Source of the DNA: a virus
Lineage: Duplodnaviria; Caudoviricetes
Length of the DNA stretch: 60,258 nt
IMG/VR virus record: IMGVR_UViG_3300046002_006203
Coordinates: 1 to 60,258 of that record
Strand: one strand, 5' to 3'
The position numbers were made by a program, and so were the translations under genes. This document shows, one piece after another, positions 59,201-60,258 of this stretch (the first letter of the stretch is position 1; each line of letters begins with the position of its first letter). The notes beneath the pieces are model-generated. The model searched no databases. It was not told where the DNA came from and saw only the letters and a list, made by a program, of their open reading frames with translations.

Positions 59201-60258
59201 ACGAGGGTTTCGCCACGCTTGGGGACCGGCCACAGCGCCCCTCCATTGTCAGCCCAGCGATCACCGAGAAGTCAGGCTATGCCCGCGCCGCCAAGGCGAT
59301 GCTGGAGCATGTCGGGAAGATGCGCGGCGAGGGGCAGGCTGTTGGCAATTTGGCCGGTGGCCGGATCATCATCAGCCGCAAGCAAAACCCGCTGCACATC
59401 GGGGAATACTTCTTTACCGTCGATATCCAGTTTGCTGGCGGCATGACCATGAAGCTGGCCCATAGCGACGCCAAGTCGCCGGTGGAGTCGAGCAATCTGC
59501 GCGATGCACTGGCGCCCGATGCGATCCAGCGCAACATTGACGAGCGCAAGGCCATGCTGGAAAGCCGCATCGCCAGCATGGATCAAAGCCTTCCAGAAAA
59601 GAGGGCAATTGCCGCCCGTGAAATCGGGACGGAAGATCGTGAGGCCGCGCGCGAGGCGGTTGATTACTATGCTGTCGAGGTGAAGCTGGCCGAAGCGCGG
59701 GCCGACTTGGAGCGGGCCGAGCGCGGCGATAACATCTTCATCCAGACGGACTGGAAGCGCAGCCTAACCGATATGGACTCGTCGGTGGTGACAAAGACCC
59801 AGACCTTCGAGTTTGAGGGCGAGACGTTTGAAGGCACCGGCCTTGGCGCGAAGGCAAACGAGCCGTTCTCCACCAAGCAGATCACCTATTACGAGGCAAC
59901 CCGCCTGAGAAACGGGGAGCGCGTCATTCTGGTGGCGCATGATGTGAACGGCAAGGAAGAGCCGCTTCGCATCATCACAGTGCCTGAGCGTGCCAAGCGT
60001 GAAATGGCAGCCGCGAAGGAGTCGCGCTTCCTTGGTCGCAAGCCCGTCGCAACGCTGACCGGCAACGAACTGGGCGAGTGGGAGGACATGAAGCAACTCG
60101 GCAAGAAGGCCGAGGCTTGGTATCGTGAAAACCTGACCGGCAAAAGCGCAGTCAATGCCGAGTCAGGCATGAAGATCACCTTCACCAACGCTGGGGCAAA
60201 GAAGCTGTCTGGCCGCAAAGGCGATATCCTTTTCCGTTCTGTGCCAGCATTGCGCGCT
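47266..60258 (+). CDS. darB: Giant DarB-like polyvalent virion protein, N-terminal part (inorganic-pyrophosphatase-like, LPD5/LPD1-like zincin, N6-adenine methyltransferase, SNF2 helicase); continues across the join to 4393, ~5,752 aa total
   Basis: ATG 47266 after GAGGGA; no other ORF in this frame appears in the track; same frame as ATG 60169 (=38). Motifs: GNYKHGH..IENAKG..HYGYI..GADGEHVDVY (~50500-50700), HEWWH 52111, EPTVGVGNF 54445, NPPF 54643, GAGKT 56800, DEAH 57283, QREGRVIRQG 58591. Confidence 0.9.
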   Translation, partial: MAIDFGFGPMGAIPEPLTPDQKRKKVEGIALKTQVPANVLMALDEAGISDHEGAATQIAAAMAQGKPLDAAVADIAGNPDTAKALMSRAYDIADALYPRAAAPAATPDTGRPKEANLLRDVAGVLAVGASDGAAMGVEYLGSAADQGISGAAYAANKYLANPILEGITGKKDMLPTASKPLDVPIAATAARVIAGWLGEEGLSGYLDESLVSQAALDAEQNFMPTGDITDPSTLAWGKDPTIRGAVISGARVLGTMVPVIAASLLSKNPTIAAGAVGGLMAGGDGQRLAADTVDAKWAEKMPDGRSRLEAETPLFQKYQSEGMTQEQAKDRIRSDAMAWSGNLQAVVGAFGGAATGAIARGGLARAAGGGMAQRASVSGIGAGLEEGAQEVTEGVAARTGINIGAGTDISVTAESFPNAVLGAMGGGPFGAIAGAANGPPQPVNQPNPIPPQTSGDGSARGQAPDIGADAGFAPVSGADQGFGAIPPEAAPVQPAAPTGPISAAAAKAPDMTPQPVAPEAPPMFPDMKAGAEVRLKAPDGKIYPAKFQREEGGMAVVRIGGSEVSMSPEEFDMAVYSARIDDVEAEAAVTGKPIKTAPTASPDEIFGNVGPADPVKPDLSRPPVLAGSLAAQAQAKGPAVATPPVIAGPAIPANPPADAGNKASELPSALGSMGKGMADGLYDMLWSNVEKGSVKDASGSTDPILKAAKRVRSVAGNTLTRENFKEFAQSHFAMMQLPIEQRSKVYAELVAKYTPATGGQKDGEATTATVPNPAASGGLAGTAQNDPAIGSAGDPQPAVEAGLNLDRPTESPVSSNDQDRGSELADAEPVGPLTGKVGQHFAAGDEPFTTSGRKTTPFPKIDAASERKTANTVKRVEQWLMANALAEAEARGDDFNATMFRANLEKPSQSDKDSAEAYLFDDAMSAKNMPPAPKITKPLVADKPADKPDEKPEEKKEPSLRWDTAKDSGRIPDGYSVEVQDGDVFGFYGPNRKQFFPAGRTFMAERDASQHERDVDVMLNRMTQRAAKNADRDAEDDKKPDQPATPESAPEDGADTSNAAQMDAAAAEADPNPTPAQAEAGNYKHGHIMWNGLDLTIENAKGSTRTGVSADGQEWSVTMPAHYGYIKRTTGADGEHVDVYIGESPESDFIMVVDQVDAETKEFDEHKVIIGITSAANGKALYEAGFSDGKGAARFGGARKMTVDEFKTWLEEGDLSKPVTNKVRAAPGPKIEDFGQKIGGARKDKAARSIQDLRADRNTATMTLTEAFPEPDYEALAANGVDVERLAFAAVARSTIERKPVAQRYWKISYWVKEVDDRRMIVADLLDGVIDLPTAMSRIGFSGEGQPALIDMVKRFPVDMIAEAASYKAHPNTTHFSYSTDPATGIRTSVTSKRFGIGRPNDKSYRISATYPTIDDAVVEIKAMIEAERKARAAAGPLKRTRKPVALGIWAGNGNLFYIGFKVTDWVQLAGPFATREDAKTHLSENRESLQEEAEVMRDGPAERRTTNSPRVGPDHRTGNVTPEQFQKAFGFRGVEFGNWTTGTDRQVRLNEAYDALMDMAGALNIPTEAISLNGALSLAFGARGKGGRNPAAAHYEPSYVVINLTKENGAGSLAHEWWHAIDNHLAKLDAVGSDTPAAMSGTKSKRRDEYATDRARRTGSLSEAEWTALKKLKTALTQKSAPWFLRSQAFDRARSEPYFSTTIELAARGFERVVTDNLQARGMNNDFLANIEEGAGAYPTTAEARRQGVRDAFNDVLDAVSARLSEGGGTKVELPPIDPQLIEDGPQAGFEWESPTGIKKITARNGDQVTMETQKRGGGVYTDDWPLAHVEDMIDADQQAMSPEGIAAREVKEKAAAIAEEKRSANEALSGKAEELVGQFIWSIPKAKRGRIPETIRYGSIGLRTGSDSDAIYLPKFVHVVRLVDAGWRVRSGFKGVENLYSPDRTSYDKVFDKNLLAFAKWYGDKLNDEADTAEAERPDAASEEDLAHLFGKDAPEPLNAPELIDPPEEEPASTEPAPPVQEPPADPAPKPAPSGLKGLTEAENEQLAALEAQFLDIFKTQMNSGLDPKLVSVAAQIGALYVKAGTRRFRALIDAMMQRLGLTLEQAQPYARNAYNQIRDDMELAGEDIADMDSSADVIAEVRKMRIVEAKAGGKPASQGDAEPATVAPEAQEGAANDQAGSGDASNGVVADGAPESGDAVEAGTAPSGSGRDGGDDLGGSEGEYVPAGPDRTPSVGSDGPDAAFPAADANAASAQSGVTPRSGVSQGNYQITDALGLGKGTDGQKIAGNIAAIRLAQKIKAENRFATKEEQDTLARYVGWGGLKTVFDVKKAKSTDQWGKAQRELKELLSPAEYLDAFQTVSNAHYTSKPVVDAMWRAMRHFGFKSGRALEPTVGVGNFLGAQPADMAPVTEWFASELDTITSLIAYHLYPDATILPATGFQDAPFRDGSFDIVIGNPPFGGETIRDRNPARKHLSGMKIHNYIIAKAGIHLRQGGIMSMVVTHRFLDTDNAEARDVLAKGFRFVGAIRLPNDAFRDNAGTDVVTDIIFLQKLAEGQEPDLAAAWLDTNGTITVDGKPIRVNRYFQDHPDHILGKSAMDGTMYAKGGKNGTEYTVHGDGRDVAAAIDRVLTEGMAAEKGILGDRAKALEEAIAAEDTSKMAIGSMAMLDDGRIIRREMNRSISEVTEQTFWGEYAEQWSLAADAIAQIRDNMRAGKKPDQDHIDQLLDQKDVAYLKSGKKASKPSRVEQAFYDIVDAIIDGKAEWAFDEQLDLIRDHSDNKRIGAKRFKTLTGLLSLRRNTLALIRAEYQDSPKIEAMRKSLDAQYEAFVAAHGFISNPAVSGLLQGDIGPEVGLESKYSEELKGEVNGKKVIVEPESATKSSILSRRVNYPHKTNFTANTPSEALLISMSERGRVDLAFMAETLGRDAAEIRAELSQGNDPEIFFDPETETWEHAEAYLTGNVRAKMQKAYAAGMMVNGDALKKVQPAPMTSDRIVPAIRSQWIPEEVFEDFLSDIGLKEAKVTIMPRAGMVTATARETSSLTDYGQQFSNSHKTIVDIFTAAVNGKTLTVSYKDENGNTRKDEEGTKQVTALIERMGKEFRAWAYLDPTRTEAIVTAFNEKMNVFRKREFDGEKYLKLVGANTGAGGFELRRTQKNGAWRIIQQASVLLDHVVGAGKTLTLVAGIMERRRLGLSRKPMIAVPNHLVMQWTRDFLQFYPAARILAATPKDFEGENRKRMFARIATGDFDAVIIGHSSLGFIQPPESDLRDVIQDQIEELQQVLDEARRNGESKRTLSQIAKRLQSYEDKLDELSTKKRDDLGFDFAEMGIDYLAVDEAHEFKNLEYNTAQQRLVGMNNPTGSKRAFDLLVKVRGIQKRKGAVHFATGTPVSNSLVEAYSMMKYLAYDELKAVNLAHFDAWSAAFVEAETRFEYTATQKLKERKVMSRLVNLGVLSQIYRGFADVIDRNDLERIYAEQIRSENAKNGENKSERFPTPRVKGGARRLLSAPPTESQKLATDWFVSRMAAIKARASDKEYPKIDNALWVLSDARKSSLDIRTLRAASQMDRDENGKVMRASREIKRIYDKWDEQRGTQLVFSDLSTPSKNADKAAEKAIRDLLRVALGESEAKTFYEKIKDLPFMERFEAASEEAETIASDPITDEKRQDAISAWFADNQDAAGLMLTAETGFSVYDDMRKVLIEEMGIPAHEIAFIHDYNTAEAKAKLFKMVKSGQIRVLFGSTPKMGAGTNVQERAVALHHVDSPWRPSDVEQREGRVIRQGNDLYDADPDGFEVEILAYSTTGTSDVVLWQVLERKARSIGTFRQGELDAVDEGEGDADSYAEFMAQSTGNPVFKLKMQAEKDLVELTATTSGALLNRQRAKDFVSSFDRVRGDNAAALKNAKDTDPASISYTLPTGEKIEGDAAEFTAAMNEAREAFQAEVDAWDDAFAKVKTRRAQLNDEGKSRTEAMKILKDEGFATLGDRPQRPSIVSPAITEKSGYARAAKAMLEHVGKMRGEGQAVGNLAGGRIIISRKQNPLHIGEYFFTVDIQFAGGMTMKLAHSDAKSPVESSNLRDALAPDAIQRNIDERKAMLESRIASMDQSLPEKRAIAAREIGTEDREAAREAVDYYAVEVKLAEARADLERAERGDNIFIQTDWKRSLTDMDSSVVTKTQTFEFEGETFEGTGLGAKANEPFSTKQITYYEATRLRNGERVILVAHDVNGKEEPLRIITVPERAKREMAAAKESRFLGRKPVATLTGNELGEWEDMKQLGKKAEAWYRENLTGKSAVNAESGMKITFTNAGAKKLSGRKGDILFRSVPALRA
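49550..49765 (+). CDS. Putative nested (+1 frame) 71-aa gene inside the giant ORF
   Basis: GGAGG 49537-41, 8 nt before ATG; protein-like sequence MAKQPQPPFPTPQQAADWLARHKMILPSEA...; the host frame here is a low-complexity linker. Confidence 0.55.
   Translation: MAKQPQPPFPTPQQAADWLARHKMILPSEAQEIRNLLWKQDSIWIGPQSHLYPAMTKIAVLNWPMPSLSVH
53801..54049 (+). CDS. Putative nested (+1 frame) 82-aa gene inside the giant ORF
   Basis: AGGAGG 53786-91, 9 nt before ATG; helical-looking MTKQEVAMRVMESWRTAHPKVVTLWKPELL...; the host frame is a G/D/A/S linker. Confidence 0.6.
   Translation: MTKQEVAMRVMESWRTAHPKVVTLWKPELLQVEADAMAGMILAEAKANTFPLDRIEPQVSEAMALMLRSPPPMPTRRQRKAA
60132..60258 (+). repeat. 127-bp terminal direct repeat, copy 2
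   Basis: Identical to 1-127. Confidence 0.97.

Larger units (their letters stand above)
1..60258. mobile_element. Complete circularly permuted temperate podovirus genome (Bcep22-like gene order), ~60,131 bp unique
   Basis: Terminase, portal, capsid, tail, ejection, lysis, integrase and cI/cro are all present; no host genes; identical 127-bp ends. Confidence 0.95.

Noticed and set aside
47528-59446. Other alternate-frame plus-strand ORFs inside darB
   Set aside because: R/P/S-rich off-frame composition and no convincing RBS, unlike 49550 and 53801.
60132-60258. 127-bp end repeat as a biological terminal repeat
   Set aside because: It lies mid-gene and 127 is a common assembler k-mer length; better explained as a circular contig overlap.

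Overview
The window is a complete, circularly permuted ~60.1-kb temperate podovirus genome. Bases 1-127 equal 60132-60258, an assembly overlap. Gene order resembles Bcep22-like podoviruses. The host is probably an alphaproteobacterium (Rhodobacteraceae-like), inferred from a GapR homologue and the integrase type. Modules: lysis cassette plus a second fibre module (4.5-8.6 kb); leftward early operon interrupted by a tyrosine integrase and a candidate attP matching a tRNA-Ser 3' end (8.6-19.7 kb); cI/cro switch with four 17-bp operators; replication and methylase genes; a small lysogen cassette (RHH, Rap1a-like, secreted protein); antirepressor; terS/terL/portal/scaffold/capsid/tail/ejection genes; and a ~5,750-aa DarB-like polyvalent protein spanning the contig join, which the ORF track misses. 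Two signals stand out. (1) A CsrA-like gene absent from the ORF track (35247-35420) co-occurs with a CAT-AGGAN-GTG hairpin in the leaders of the capsid, DarB and lysis operons. Each hairpin is mutually exclusive with a longer stem that buries the start codon, suggesting a phage-encoded protein-responsive translational switch. (2) Two genes with their own RBS appear overprinted in the +1 frame inside the giant protein. All family assignments are by-eye motif recognition; no searches or folding programs were run.
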